DNA from: Octopus sinensis
Lineage: Eukaryota
DNA length: 64,000 nt
Assembly (NCBI RefSeq): GCF_006345805.1
Contig: NC_043014.1
Span: 32,116,001-32,180,000 of the forward strand
Reading direction: 5' to 3'
Below, piece after piece: positions 52,201 to 64,000 of this stretch. How positions within the stretch are numbered: the stretch's first letter is position 1; each line of letters begins with the position of its first letter. A model generated the notes under the pieces. That model had not been told where the DNA came from. It saw only the letters and a list, made by a program, of their open reading frames with translations, and made no database searches. Position numbers and translations under genes: made by a program.

Positions 52201-53489
52201 AGATCTGAAAGATAGAAGGTTAAATCAACCTGGGCATGATTTGAACTCAGAATGAATAGTTATGAAAGCAATACTGCATTTTATTTTGTTTGACATGCTA
52301 TCATTTCTACCACTGCATTACCCTTTCATTTGCATGAATTAATTAGCTATGAGCATTTGTTTGTTGTCATGGTAAGGAGATAGTATGAATATTGGAGGCC
52401 ATCAAACAACAGATACAAGGTGAGTGAGTGGTAGTCGCAGAAGTAAAATGAAAATTAATAGAAAGAGGTGATGTTTATCACATTGACCGAAGTGGTACAA
52501 GAAAAAAAGGAAAAAGGCTGGGAGAAGCAAAATGAGAATTGGTTGGAGTAAAAGGCTACTTTATATTTCTCTAAGCAGAATGTGAATTAGGAACAGCCTT
52601 GATATACTAATAAATAATGCTGGAAAACAAAGAAATATTTATGGAATTTGCAGTCTTATTATAAATACTGTGAAAAAGAGCTTCTGTAATAATGATAATT
52701 ACTTCTAAATATTTCAATGTTTTCTGAATGATATTGCAATGTTTTTTGTACATGATATTGTAATGTTTTTTGTTAATATAGTTCCTTAATTTTTAATTAG
52801 ATCTTTATATATATTTATAAATTATTCAGTGAAAAATGTTTAAGTAAAAAAATCTGTCACTTTAGTGACAGAAGTGTCTATGTGTTTTTATTGCAGTGTG
52901 ATTTATTGGTTTTGGTGGACAGCATGCACTATCACATTTACAATTATTGGTCTTGGCCTTTAGGCCAAGATAAAAATGCAATATTTTACTTTTAGATCCA
53001 AAGCGCAAAATCTTTAGAAAGAAATTTATCAATGGCTTGACTTGTCATTATATATGGATGTGCCATTTTCTATAATTGATAAAACTGTCATCATTTTTTA
53101 TAGCACATTGCAGGTCATACAGAGTCATCTGAATGGATGAAGGATATGTTTTGTGGTATTGTTTTGGGGTTAGGTATTCTGTTGCTGGTATTGGCATTGT
53201 AGTAGTAGTAGTAGTAGTAGTAGTTGTTGTTGTTGTTGTCGTTCTTGTAGAAGGGTTTTATTGTCCTTTTGGTCAGTCTTGCTGCTGCTGCTTTCACAAC
53301 AGCTACAGATTTTTGCAGTTGTTGCTGCTGATCTTTTTCTTTATAAAGTTGTGGCATTGGCAACAGTGGTGTGTGTGTGTGGTAATGGTGGGGGTGGGGG
53401 TTTTCATTTGCCCTCTGCTTTGGGCAAAAATTCCTTAGATGATTGGCTCCACGACAGGTCCATGTACGTATAACAACAGAATATGTCAT

Positions 53490-54410
53490 TGCACAGATAT
53501 CAAAACTGCCAAACTGGAAAGTGGTAGAACCACATGGAATTCAAGGCTACTAGCTCAAGTGGTTTAGGTCAATACACAAGAGAACTGCGTTGCAGTCAGG
53601 CAATTGCCTACAGAGTGGTGCAGTTCCAGAATGGAAGGTAAGTGGAAGAACAACATTGTTAATGAAAGATCGGCCATAGGGCAATGAAGTTGACAAGTAC
53701 CGACCCATTGCTTGTCTTAACCTGTTATGGAAAGTATTAACAGGTACCCTCACTGGGAAAACATATATGTTCCTTGCAGAAAACAATCTACTGTTGGTAG
53801 CACAAAAGGGATGCTGATAGGATCCAAGGGTACCAAGGACCAGCTTGTGATAAACAAGGTTATAATGAAGAGCTGTAAACATTACCAAAAAACTTATGCA
53901 TGACCTAGATAAACTTCAAAAAGGCTTACGATATGTTGCCACATTTGTGGATTTTGGAAACACTTGAGATGTGTGAAATAGCTGAGAACGTGTGTGCACT
54001 GATTAAGAACAGCATGCCTAGTTGGAGAACGGGACTTTCCTGTAACAACCAGCCCTTAGCCAAGGTAACAACCAAAAGAGGTATCCTCCAAGGAGACTCT
54101 TGTTCACCTGTTATTTTTATAGCATTGATCCCACTTTCTATAGTCCTACGCAAAACCAAAGTGCCCTATGAGCTGAGAAAGAATGCCCTTATCCTACATA
54201 AAATACAGTCTATAAAATGTCAAATTTTAAAACAAACTCATAATTTTCTTATGTTTTCTTAAACATTCTCTAGAACAATACTGTGTGCAAAACCAAATAT
54301 ATGACAACCTAGGCATAACACCAACATAAACTTCTAACTTGTCTCTTGAAGTATCTGGGTGAGACTTGTAGCCAACTTATGCAAATACGAAGCAAAAGTC
54401 AAATATATAA
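53490..54410 (+). mobile_element. RLE-clade LINE: RT fragment joined directly to the 3' end
   Basis: KLPNWK..PHGIQGY, KYRPIACLNLLWKVLTG, GTKDQLVINK, FKKAYDMLPHLWI, RGILQGDSCSP; from about 54175 it matches 49490-49715. Confidence 0.88.
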
Positions 54411-54439
54411 TGATGATGATGAGGATGATGATGATGATG

Positions 54440-54495
<56 letters not shown>

Positions 54496-54544
54496 GGTGG
54501 TGGTGGTGGTGGTGATAATGATGCTGATGATGATGATTATAATA

Positions 54545-54770
54545 ATAAAATTGAAAGTGGAAATGCCAAGATTGTATGGAATGTGAAAGGGTAATGTAAA
54601 ATTGATACCTGTGGTGATCAGAGCGTTTGACTCAGTCCTATTGAAACTTAAAAACTTCTTAAGGTAACTGGAAATCCCATGCAAGAGTGATGTCTTGCAA
54701 AATTAGCCTTTTTGGGCACAGCCCACATCCTAAGGAGAGTATTATCTGTTTGAGATCCTTGTTGTGACTT
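54545..54770 (+). mobile_element. RLE-clade LINE C-terminal fragment (different subfamily)
   Basis: AKIVWNVK...VKLIPVVIRAF...GTAHILRRVLSV* pattern with frameshifts. Confidence 0.7.
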
Positions 54771-54834
54771 GACAGATGGCTAAAGACTCTGGCGCATTTT
54801 TACCAAAGCTGTGTTATGAAGGAATAATAATAAT

Positions 54835-55368
54835 TACATTGTTTTATTTTGGTGTAAAAGATTGGCTACACCAAATATTCTGCTCAATACCGCAGATTTG
54901 CGTGTCTGTTGTTTGACCTTAACTAGTTGAACATGTCCCTTAGTGGCTGATGATATGTGCATCTCTGATCATGAGCAGAAGTAGCGGGGGAGCATCATAG
55001 CCATGTGCTGAGAGGGATTCTTTGGGGTTTGAATAATTCACCTCTGGAAACATGGGTGTTTCGTTCAACATCCTTAAACAATCCTTATTCAGGGACCTTT
55101 TGAGTGGGATGGGTTACTCGACCTGAAGAAAATTCTAACTGGGCCCCACCTGCAAGGTCATGTGCCGTTTATCTTGATATGAGATCACCATGTCGCACAC
55201 ACATAGTTGTGATGCATATGCCTGGTGTATCCTTATCAGACAGGTAGTCATGGTGGGTATACTGGGCTTCGTATATTTTACCCCAGTGTCATTTTGATGG
55301 CATGCACCGATCTCTCATTCAATAATAATAATAATAATAATGATAATAATAATAACGATAATAATAAT
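54835..55368 (+). mobile_element. Retroposon family E
   Basis: Co-linear with 48391-48918; (AAT)n tail. Confidence 0.88.
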
Positions 55369-56434
55369 GTCCTGTAGAGCTTCTACAGAAAGTTTGCCTC
55401 TTAGGGACAAGAAAGATTATCAGGAAGGTCTTAAGCACTTGAAAGACTATTGAAAGCTTGTGGATATCTAAGGTTACAGGTAATAACCCATTACCCACAT
55501 AAATTCTACCAGGAATAAGAACAAACCTGAGACAAATCAATAATAATTAATAGTAATAGTTTCTTTTATTAGCCACAAGGTCATCAATGAGGAGAATATC
55601 ACAAATTAGCTTTACTTAGAACTGCATGCATACTGCATAAAGTGTTGTCTATCTGAAGTGCATGTTGTGACTTGACAGACTGCATGAATCTCTGGTGCAC
55701 ACAATATCCTCAATCTACAACATCACAATATTTGAAGCTATGTGATGTCTTCAAAAATAAGGCTTCTTTCATTTACCACAGGTTATCAGAGCGGAGTACA
55801 TTAAAAGGACACTTGAAATTTGTGTGTGGTGTTTTACATGAATAATGAGGGGAAGAAAAGGAGAGGAGAAGTAAATGAGGTAAAGATATACATAGAATAT
55901 GCAATGTGTGAACACATTTATAATGCAGTCCTCCTGGAACAAGACAATCTCTAACTACATTCAATCAATTAGCTTTACAGATCCAGGGTCACCTTGAACA
56001 CCAAGGGTACAACTGACCAACTGTTGTTCTCCAATCTACTGGTGCATGCTCAGAGTTGGTCTGTTCACCCTAATCATATTTGTTGCATTCATCTACCTTT
56101 TTACGAATTTATTAGGAGAGAGTTCTTCGTTCTTCACCCTCAATTTTCTTTTCAAGTTAAACTTTAAAAAAAGTGGAAAAGGGTTTGACCAAAGATGAAG
56201 TATCAGTTCTTAATCTGTTCAACCTCGTCTACCACACAAACCTTTTTGCCATTAGACAGACGAACACTACCTGCCCAGCCTTGTTTAAGGTGGATGGGGT
56301 GGAAGTGGAGTGATCCTTACAATGGAGGATTCATCTTACATGTGACCATAGCTGTTTCACATAACTCCATGAGACAGCAATGCTTGAACACTGCAAAAGT
56401 GCATGCAGTATGATTTCATCAGTAAATCTTTCTT

Positions 56435-57062
56435 ATTTTGGCTCAAGGTAAGCAGTTTTGAGATAAAGGAACCAAGCTAACTACACTGACCCCAGTACTT
56501 TACTGGTACCTTTTTCAATCATCCTGAAAGGATGAAAAGCAAAGTTCACCTTGATGGAATTTTGAACATAGAATGTAGAAAACTGGGACAAATATCACAT
56601 ATGATAATTATAATGATTTCAAATTTTGGCACAAGGCCAGAAATTTTGGGAGATGGGGCAAGTTGATTACATCAATCCCAGTGCTCAACTGGTACTTATT
56701 TTATTGAGCCCAAAATGACAAATGGCAAAGTCGACCTCAGTGGAATTTGAACTTATAGCATGAAGATAGACAAAATGCCACTGAGCATTCTGTCTGGTAT
56801 TCTAATGATTCTGCCAGCATGCTGCCTTAATAATAATTATAATAATGGTTTAAAATTTTGGCAAAAAGCCAGAATTTTGAGAAAGAGGGTAAGTTGATTA
56901 TATTGACTCCAGTGCTCAACTGGTACTTATTTTATCAACCCCGAAAGGATGAAAGAGAAAGTTGATCTCGGTGGAATTTGAACTCAGAACATAAAGACAG
57001 ACGAAATGCCACTAAGCTTTTTGCCTGATGTGCTAACAATTCTGCCAGCTCACTGCCTTAAT
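56435..57062 (-). mobile_element. Three head-to-tail SINE family B copies
   Basis: Units at about 56435-56600, 56608-56830 and 56835-57062, each separated by short AAT tails. Confidence 0.9.
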
Positions 57063-57072
57063 AATAATGATA

Positions 57073-57119
<47 letters not shown>

Positions 57120-58258
57120 AAGGAAGATGATGTTTCTTTTACAAAATTTCATAATTTACTCTATGTAAACAGTGTCATCATTTGTGAGCTGTTTGAGTGA
57201 AGCATTACTGGACGACTTCAATTTATACTACACAAGCAATTCTAAATGACCACTTAAATATAGAACCGAAAGTAAAACGAATTTGCAATTCAAAGAAGAA
57301 AGCTTTTCTCTCTCTCTCTCTGTGAAAGACTGCTATTATTATTGATTGGGCATAGAGATAGAGGCAGAAACTTCTCATCTTCTAATGGACCTCATTGCAT
57401 GAAGTAGCTTTCATCTTGTATCAACTTTTATATTAATGCTATTGGCATTCTCCAATCAATCTGCCTGATTTATCAGAATCCATTCCTGCCTACTTACTGC
57501 AAAATGGATTACGGAATTAGTGCGACAAGAAGACATTTACCACTTATAGACAAGGTCAACTTTCATCCGTTCTTTGCTTCCACTTTTTGTTCTTCCTTTT
57601 CTATATTTTCTTCTGTCGTTCCTTCCTTTTTCTCTCTTTATTTTTGCGTTTTGTTCTTTTTTTTATACATTTATTTTTCTAGATTTACTTTACTTTTAAA
57701 ACCTAGAATGTCATTGACTTCAAAAGGTGAATTGTAATGGAATATGATCACACGCACATGTACATACCTATATAAATATGTACATGTTAGTAGTGTGTAT
57801 GTGCCACTGTTTATATGTGTGTCTATGTGTATGCATGTGTATGTTATGTGTGTGTGTGTGTGTGTCGACGCATATTTGTTTTTGGTTTAACAAACAAGGG
57901 AACGTGTACACAACTATAGAGTGTATCTATTTATATAAGGCTGGTGATTTACTCAGTATTTTTTGCTCAATGAATTCTTGAAGGATCATATCAAGCGGAA
58001 AAAATTTTGAAAAACTGTGGAGTAAAATAGTGAATCATCAACTTCATCAAAGATCTAGCAATCTATCTATCTATCTGTCTGTCTGTCTGTCTGTCTGTCT
58101 AACTATCCATCATCCATCCATCCATCCACCTGTCCCTCCGTCTGTCTATCTATCTATCTGTCTGTCTGTCTATCTGTCTGTCTATCTATCTATCTGTCTG
58201 TCTGTCTCTCTCTCTCTCTCTATATATATATATCCATCTCTCTCTACCTCCTTGTGTT

Positions 58259-58291
<33 letters not shown>

Positions 58292-58373
58292 TCAGACAGA
58301 CTCCAAAGAGACTGGTGTTAGTCTGCATAGCCAAAATTTGTATTTATTGAGTAAAATAAACTAAAAGACTGCA

Positions 58374-58590
58374 GTGAACTTACTGCAGGGAATGGAAAAT
58401 CCAACGTTTTTAGACAGAATTCTTCAGGAAAATGTTGATAAGAAAGAAGTTAAAGAAAGTCAGCTGAGTTTTACCATCCTCTAAATTGCAGTCTCTGCTG
58501 TGTCTCCTTAATTCTTTTCCAGTTAACTTTTTCCCTGAAGAAGGATTCTGTCTGAAGCATTGGATTTTCCATCCCTCATAGTAAGTTCAC
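58374..58590. mobile_element. 217-bp imperfect hairpin element (inverted PLE-terminus-like arms)
   Basis: gtgaacttact...ggaaaatccaa...agacagaat..cttcagg is matched by the reverse complement of 58521-58590. Confidence 0.8.
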
Positions 58591-58610
58591 AACAATCTCT
58601 TTGTCGATTT

Positions 58611-58652
<42 letters not shown>

Positions 58653-58804
58653 ACACACACACACACACACACACCACACATTCTCACATTAATATGCACC
58701 ACAAGTCCATATGAAAGGTTCTCTGTTCTCTATTGTAGTTTCTGTGTTCTAACATAATATCCACTTTTAAACAGGAATAAATGGTACCTTTTAGTATTAA
58801 AACT

Positions 58805-59095
58805 ACTTATCCTCATTGTCATTTAACGTCCACTTTTGATGCTGGCAAGGGATAGATGGTTTGACTGAAAACTGGTAAGATGAGGATCTGGGCCAGGTTT
58901 CAATCTGATTTGGCATTTTCCAATCTGATTCAATAGCTGGATACCCTTCCTAATGCCAACCACTCCAAGAGTGTAGTGGGTGCATTTTATGTGCCACTAG
59001 CATGAGTATCAGTTATGAAACACTGGCATCAGTCATGACTGTGATGTCACTTGGCTTGATAGGTCTTCTCAAGCACAGTATATTGCCAAAGGTCA
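58805..59095 (-). mobile_element. RTE LINE 3' UTR end, diverged
   Basis: catttaacgtccacttt...ggatacccttcctaatgccaaccactcc...cttctcaagcacag. Confidence 0.85.
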
Positions 59096-59984
59096 TCATT
59101 ATTAATTATTTTTTAATAAGCCCACTGGCTATTTGTGACACTAGTGCCTAATTTGACACTGAGATTCTATGTATATCACTAGCAGAGAAATTGCTGTTAT
59201 TTCCAACTTTTGGGTATCTACCATTGAAAAGGCCAAGGAAGGCTGAAGTCACATTCTCTGGTTGTCGCAGTGGTGGTGATGACAGTTGATTTATCTCACA
59301 TTAGCACTATAATCAAAAGTATTTATAAACATCACAAGTCCATGTGGGAGGTTCTCTCATGGTAGCTATCACAGTAGTCTGTGTTCTTATACAATATCCA
59401 CTTTTAAAAGGGGATACATATGTATGTGTGAGTGTGTGTGTGTAGGTTGAGTTTCAGATAATGCACTCCAAACAATAACTTTATTAATTTTCATTTTCAA
59501 AAATTCCTTTACATTTCTGTATCTTAAACATTTCAAATTATTATGATTCTTAAAAAAAAATTACTCACTCTCCATAGCTTTTCATTTTAAACGTTTTTCC
59601 TCAAAATTCTTCAGTTTTATATGTCAGGAAACAATTAGAGAATACAATTCAGTTCTTTTGTCTTTTTCTTCTCAATTTTGTTTTGAAACTGTTTTGGTTT
59701 TCATTTTTTCCTTGAATATACTGCCATGAACATAATAATAATTTATAAGGCCAATAATTTTGTGGGGAAGAGTTAGCTAATTACATCAAAATAAGTATGT
59801 GATTGGTATTTTATTTTATTGAACTCAAAAGAATGAAAGTCAGAGGTGACCTCAGCAGGATTTGAATTCAGGACATAAATAATCAGAAGAAATGCCACAA
59901 TGTATAATATCTGACTCTAACAATCCTGCTCATCTATTACCCTAATACACAAACAAAATAATGAAAGAAATATTGTTTCTACTA

Positions 59985-60180
59985 TAAGCATGGGGCTTGA
60001 AATTTTTGGGGAGGGCGCTAGTTGATTATATCAACCCAAGTACATGACAGGTATTTATTTTCTTGCCCCTGAAAGGATGAAAAGTGATATCAATCTTGGT
60101 GGAATTTGAACACAGAATGTATAGGGAGAAGAAATGCTGCTAAGAATTTTGCTTAGCATGCTAACGATTCTGCCAGCTCA
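59985..60180 (-). mobile_element. SINE family B
   Basis: gaaaggatgaaaag...ggaatttgaacacagaatgt...gctaacgattctgccagctc. Confidence 0.88.
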
Positions 60181-60186
60181 TTGTAT

Positions 60187-60604
60187 TACTCTTTACTCTT
60201 TTACTTGTTTCAATCATTTGACTGTGGCCATGCTGGAGCACCATCTTTAGTTGAATCAAATCGACCCCAGGACTTATTCTTTGTAAGCTTAGTACTTATT
60301 CTATCGGTCTCTTTTGCCAAACCACTAAGTTACAGGGACATAAACACACCAGCATTGGTTGTCAAGCGATGTTGGGGAGACAAACACAGACACACAAACA
60401 TACACACACACACACTCATATATATATATATATATATATATGACAGGCTTCTTTCAGTTTCTGTCTACTAAATCCCCTCACAAGGCTTTGGTCAGCCCGA
60501 GGCTATAGTAGAAGACATTTGCCTAAGGTGCCAAGCAGTGGGACTGAACCCGGAACCATATGGTTGAGAAACAAGCTACTTACCACACAGCCACTCCTAC
60601 ACCT
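60187..60604 (-). mobile_element. SINE family A, full length
   Basis: Reverse complement of family A. Confidence 0.93.
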
Positions 60605-61439
60605 ATTCACAAACATAATAATAAAAAATTATGCATTCAGATATATATTCATAATTAATGCTGAAATCATTACTAATTTTTGGTAAAGATTTCTTCTGCA
60701 GCAAAATAAATTTACCAAAAATTGAATCTGATCTGTGAAATGTTTAAACCCCTTTCATTTTCTCAGTATTTGATTGCAACCTAAATGATAGAGCCCTCTC
60801 TGAAAAATACATACAAGTGTCTAGAGTTTTTTCTTTATTTCAAAACTTTATCTCTGGTGCTGATATCTTAATGATCTGTGTATTACTTAGATTATTTGCT
60901 GAATATATTTCACTAATCAGATTACTTCCATTATAGGAACTGAAGGAATTCTATATCAATGCTTTCACTATGTTTCAAAAACATGGTAAAGTTATAGATA
61001 GGTTTATCACCTGTCAACATGATTTGGCATACATCTTCATTTTCAAGGCCTCATCAAAGTAAAGTGGTTTACCTTGTTAAAAGAGGTATTTTCCATTTCA
61101 AAATTGAAAGTATTTTTCTTTAAAAAGAATGTGAAAATGTTTTCCTTTTAAAAACAAAGTAAACACTTTTTACTCTGGGCAAAAAGAAGGTTTTTTTTTT
61201 TTTTAATTCAAATGATAGACAAATCTAACATCTTTGAATAATTGTTCAGATCTTTTAAATCCATTAAAGAAAAGTCTCTCTCTGTAGGTGATGAGCACCA
61301 ATGTCTAATGTATTTCTTCTTTTGCACGATTACACATCAACATGGCATTTACTCGATAAAATCTAGTGCATAATTAACTGTTAGGTGTCAAAAACAAATT
61401 GCATGTGTAGATATGTTTAATTATGTATTTTTGTTACTA

Positions 61440-61675
61440 TGTCATCCCTCACACATATGCTCACACCGTATTCCCTAACTATAGAGCAGTTTATATGATG
61501 CTTGTGTACAAAGTGCAATGCTTCATAGTGAAACTACAGCTTTAAAAGCAGAGGATGTGTAAATGCTGAAAAGTCATGATCTGAGCATGGTCCACTGGGT
61601 GTGTAATATTAGTGTACAAGAATGATGGACTGAAAATGAGATGACAGTAGAAGGGGATATGATTCTACATCAGCA
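61440..61675 (+). mobile_element. RTE LINE C-terminal fragment
   Basis: Similar to 63045-63265; LYDACVQSAMLHSET resembles the RTE LYxxCVxSxMLxGSETW motif. Confidence 0.7.
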
Positions 61676-62084
61676 TGGTAGTTGCTTAATAAAATCTAGT
61701 GCATAATTAACTGTTAGGTGTTGTAAGCAAATCTCATTGATATTATTGTATGAGTGCTCAGAGATAGCTAACAACTGTTATTCTCTATATCTAACAGGTT
61801 TGAGGTTGTTAGTCACCTACTGCATTCATGCAGTACCTTTGAGAATCAACTTTAAGATCTCCCACAACACACTGTGGTTTCCAAATAAGTATACATTGTA
61901 TTTATATCTAACCAATGTACTCTCAGAAAGTGTCTGTTTGCAACGAAAATTTCTTTCAACAAATTCCTTTAATACATTTGCCATTTGCTTAATATTGGTG
62001 GTAGCTACATTTTGTACCAGTATGGACCAGATTCATCCAGAGAATCATGAAGATGACCAAGATTCTTTTTTATATACAAACAGA

Positions 62085-62475
62085 TGCAGGTATGGCTGTG
62101 TGGTAAGAAGCTTGCTTCTTAACCACATGGTTCCAGGCTCAGTTCCACTGTGTGGCACCTTAAGCAAGTGTCTTCTACAATAGCCCTAGGCCAACCAAAA
62201 CCTTGTGAGTAGATTTGGTAGATGGAAACTGAAAGAAGCCTGTTATATATGTGCATTTGTGCCTTCGTGTCTGAGTTTATTCCACACCACTGCTTGACAA
62301 CCAGTGTTTGTGTGTTTACATCCCCAAAGCTTAGTGGCTCAGCCCAAGAGACCAACAGAATAAATACCTGGCTTAAGAAAAACAATAAGTACTGGGATCA
62401 GTTCACTCATCTAAAAATTCTTCAAGGCAGTGCTCCAGTATGGCCACAGTCTTATGACTGAAACAACAGAAAGAT
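62085..62475 (+). mobile_element. SINE family A, full length
   Basis: tggctgtgtggtaagaagcttgc...ggttccaggctcagttcc...gtgctccagtatggccacagtc. Confidence 0.9.
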
Positions 62476-63059
62476 AATATAAGTTATGGTATGAGCTTTT
62501 ATATATTAAATCAAATTCGAAGCTGTTACTCAATTTAATTTCAATGTTACTTAAAATATAAGCAAATAATTAAAACCCCGGCACATATTCCAACCCTACA
62601 CAATTACTCCCCCACTGCATATATTTTGACCAAACTCTTGTTATGTACCATCTCAGATACTTTGGGACCAAGGGACATAATGCTAGATAAATCCCTTGCT
62701 CATTCACCTCCTACAAGTTTGTCTCATCTGTTTTCATAGCACCTACAAACTGGACAAGATATTTTTCACCTCTAATAACAGTGAGCAGTCACCATAGTTT
62801 GTCCATATCTATCATCTCTGAAGAGCATGTGGTATTACTTAACTATGCTGTTATCTAATATCTGGTTACTTAATACTCAATGCAATTGATAAGATCAGCT
62901 GAAATGGATTTAAAATGTTGCACCCTTTGATTAATATATATATGTATACATGTATATGTATCTATCTATAACTCTAGGTATGTGTATGTGTGTGTGTTTA
63001 TGTATGTTCATGTGTATAGATATGCTTAATTACATATGTTTGTTTCTGCATCATCTCAC

Positions 63060-63480
63060 ACACATATACTCACACTGCATTCTATAACTATAGAGCAGTT
63101 TATATGATGTTTGTGTCCAAAGCGCAATGCTGCATAGTAGTGAAACAATAACTTTAAATGCAGAGGTTGTGTAAATGCCGGAAAGTCATGAGCTGAGCAG
63201 TGTCCACCGGGTGTGTAATATTAGCATGCAAGAATGATGGACAAAAAATGAGATGACAGTAGAAGTGGATACAAGAGAAATCAGATGTAGAGCACAGGAG
63301 AGAAACCTCTGCTGGTGTGGGCAAGCAGTGTGCATGGTGGATGACAGTTTGGTAAAGATGTATCAAGCAGCTTAAGTGGAAGGAACCTGTAAAAGACAAA
63401 GATCAAGGGAGTGCTGAAGAGAAGTGTTGAAGAAACGATATCAAGAGGCTGGGCTTCACAAAAGAGGTACCGAGTGACTG
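63060..63480 (+). mobile_element. RTE LINE C-terminal fragment
   Basis: Decayed IRCRAQERNLCWCGQAVCM...VEGTCKRQRSR resembles IRCxVQERRLRWYGHVxRM...VEGxxxRGRPR. Confidence 0.75.
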
Positions 63481-63552
63481 TAGCAAGTGCCAAGATGCCG
63501 TGTGGTAAGAAGACTTGCTCAACCAATGCCAGCAGGGCTAAATAAAGGAGAA

Positions 63553-63591
<39 letters not shown>

Positions 63592-64000
63592 AATGATGAT
63601 GACAACGATGACAATGATAGTGGTGTTGATGCACACTCACACACACACATACAAACACATACACACGCATGCACGCACACACACACACCAGTATGCAACT
63701 GAAAGAATGAGTCTTCAACACCAGGAGTTGGATAAACTGCTCTTTTTAATAAAGTATTTGTTATTTTTCAGGAACTAAAGGTTTCCTGCTGACACTCCCA
63801 CAGGTGTTAATGTCAGAGTATCATATATACACACACACACATGCACATACACATTTATATTCATAAAGACATGTATACATCTATATACATATATATATAT
63901 ATTCTCTTCCTTTCTATTAAATATGCACAGATTATTCCCTTTCATGTAAATGCACTCACGTACATATACATATACACTCCTTCCCTCTCTGTCAAATACA

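Noticed and set aside
52380-52420. Plus-strand exon before an AAG|gtgagt donor, linking to 53114
   Set aside because: The frame that would join the hydrophobic tail has an in-frame TGA just upstream and no credible acceptor.
55369-55388. Mini-palindrome gtcctgtagagcttctacag resembling the end of the 40844 HHR palindrome
   Set aside because: Too short to establish homology; contains no catalytic core.

Overview
A eukaryotic, AT-rich, repeat-saturated window that looks like cephalopod (Octopus-type) intronic or intergenic DNA. That assignment is inferred from the microsatellite load and the SINE/LINE repertoire, not from a database search. Most of it is microsatellite plus decayed mobile elements: several tRNA-derived SINE families (labelled A, B, G and V-like here), an (AAT)n-tailed retroposon (E), RTE, CR1/L2, L1/Tx1 and RLE-bearing LINE fragments, two clearly different Penelope-like elements (PLEs), and Tc1/mariner remnants. 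Almost all ORFs in the supplied track are repeat artefacts or TE fragments. No host gene can be named; a few short minus-strand segments have canonical splice signals and an open frame and are reported as low-confidence candidate exons. The most interesting signal is three different hammerhead-ribozyme (HHR)-like motifs in short solo or fold-back inserts: a near-perfect 131-bp palindrome carrying an almost complete type I HHR on each strand (40844-40974), a minimal HHR (12613-12647), and a 217-bp hairpin whose two arms together reconstruct a minimal HHR (58374-58590). Other notable structures are a 408-bp SINE-containing fold-back, a 67-bp VNTR inside an RTE 3' UTR, and a SINE-in-SINE junction repeated at the same nucleotide. 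All coordinates were read by eye; element boundaries may be off by several bases.
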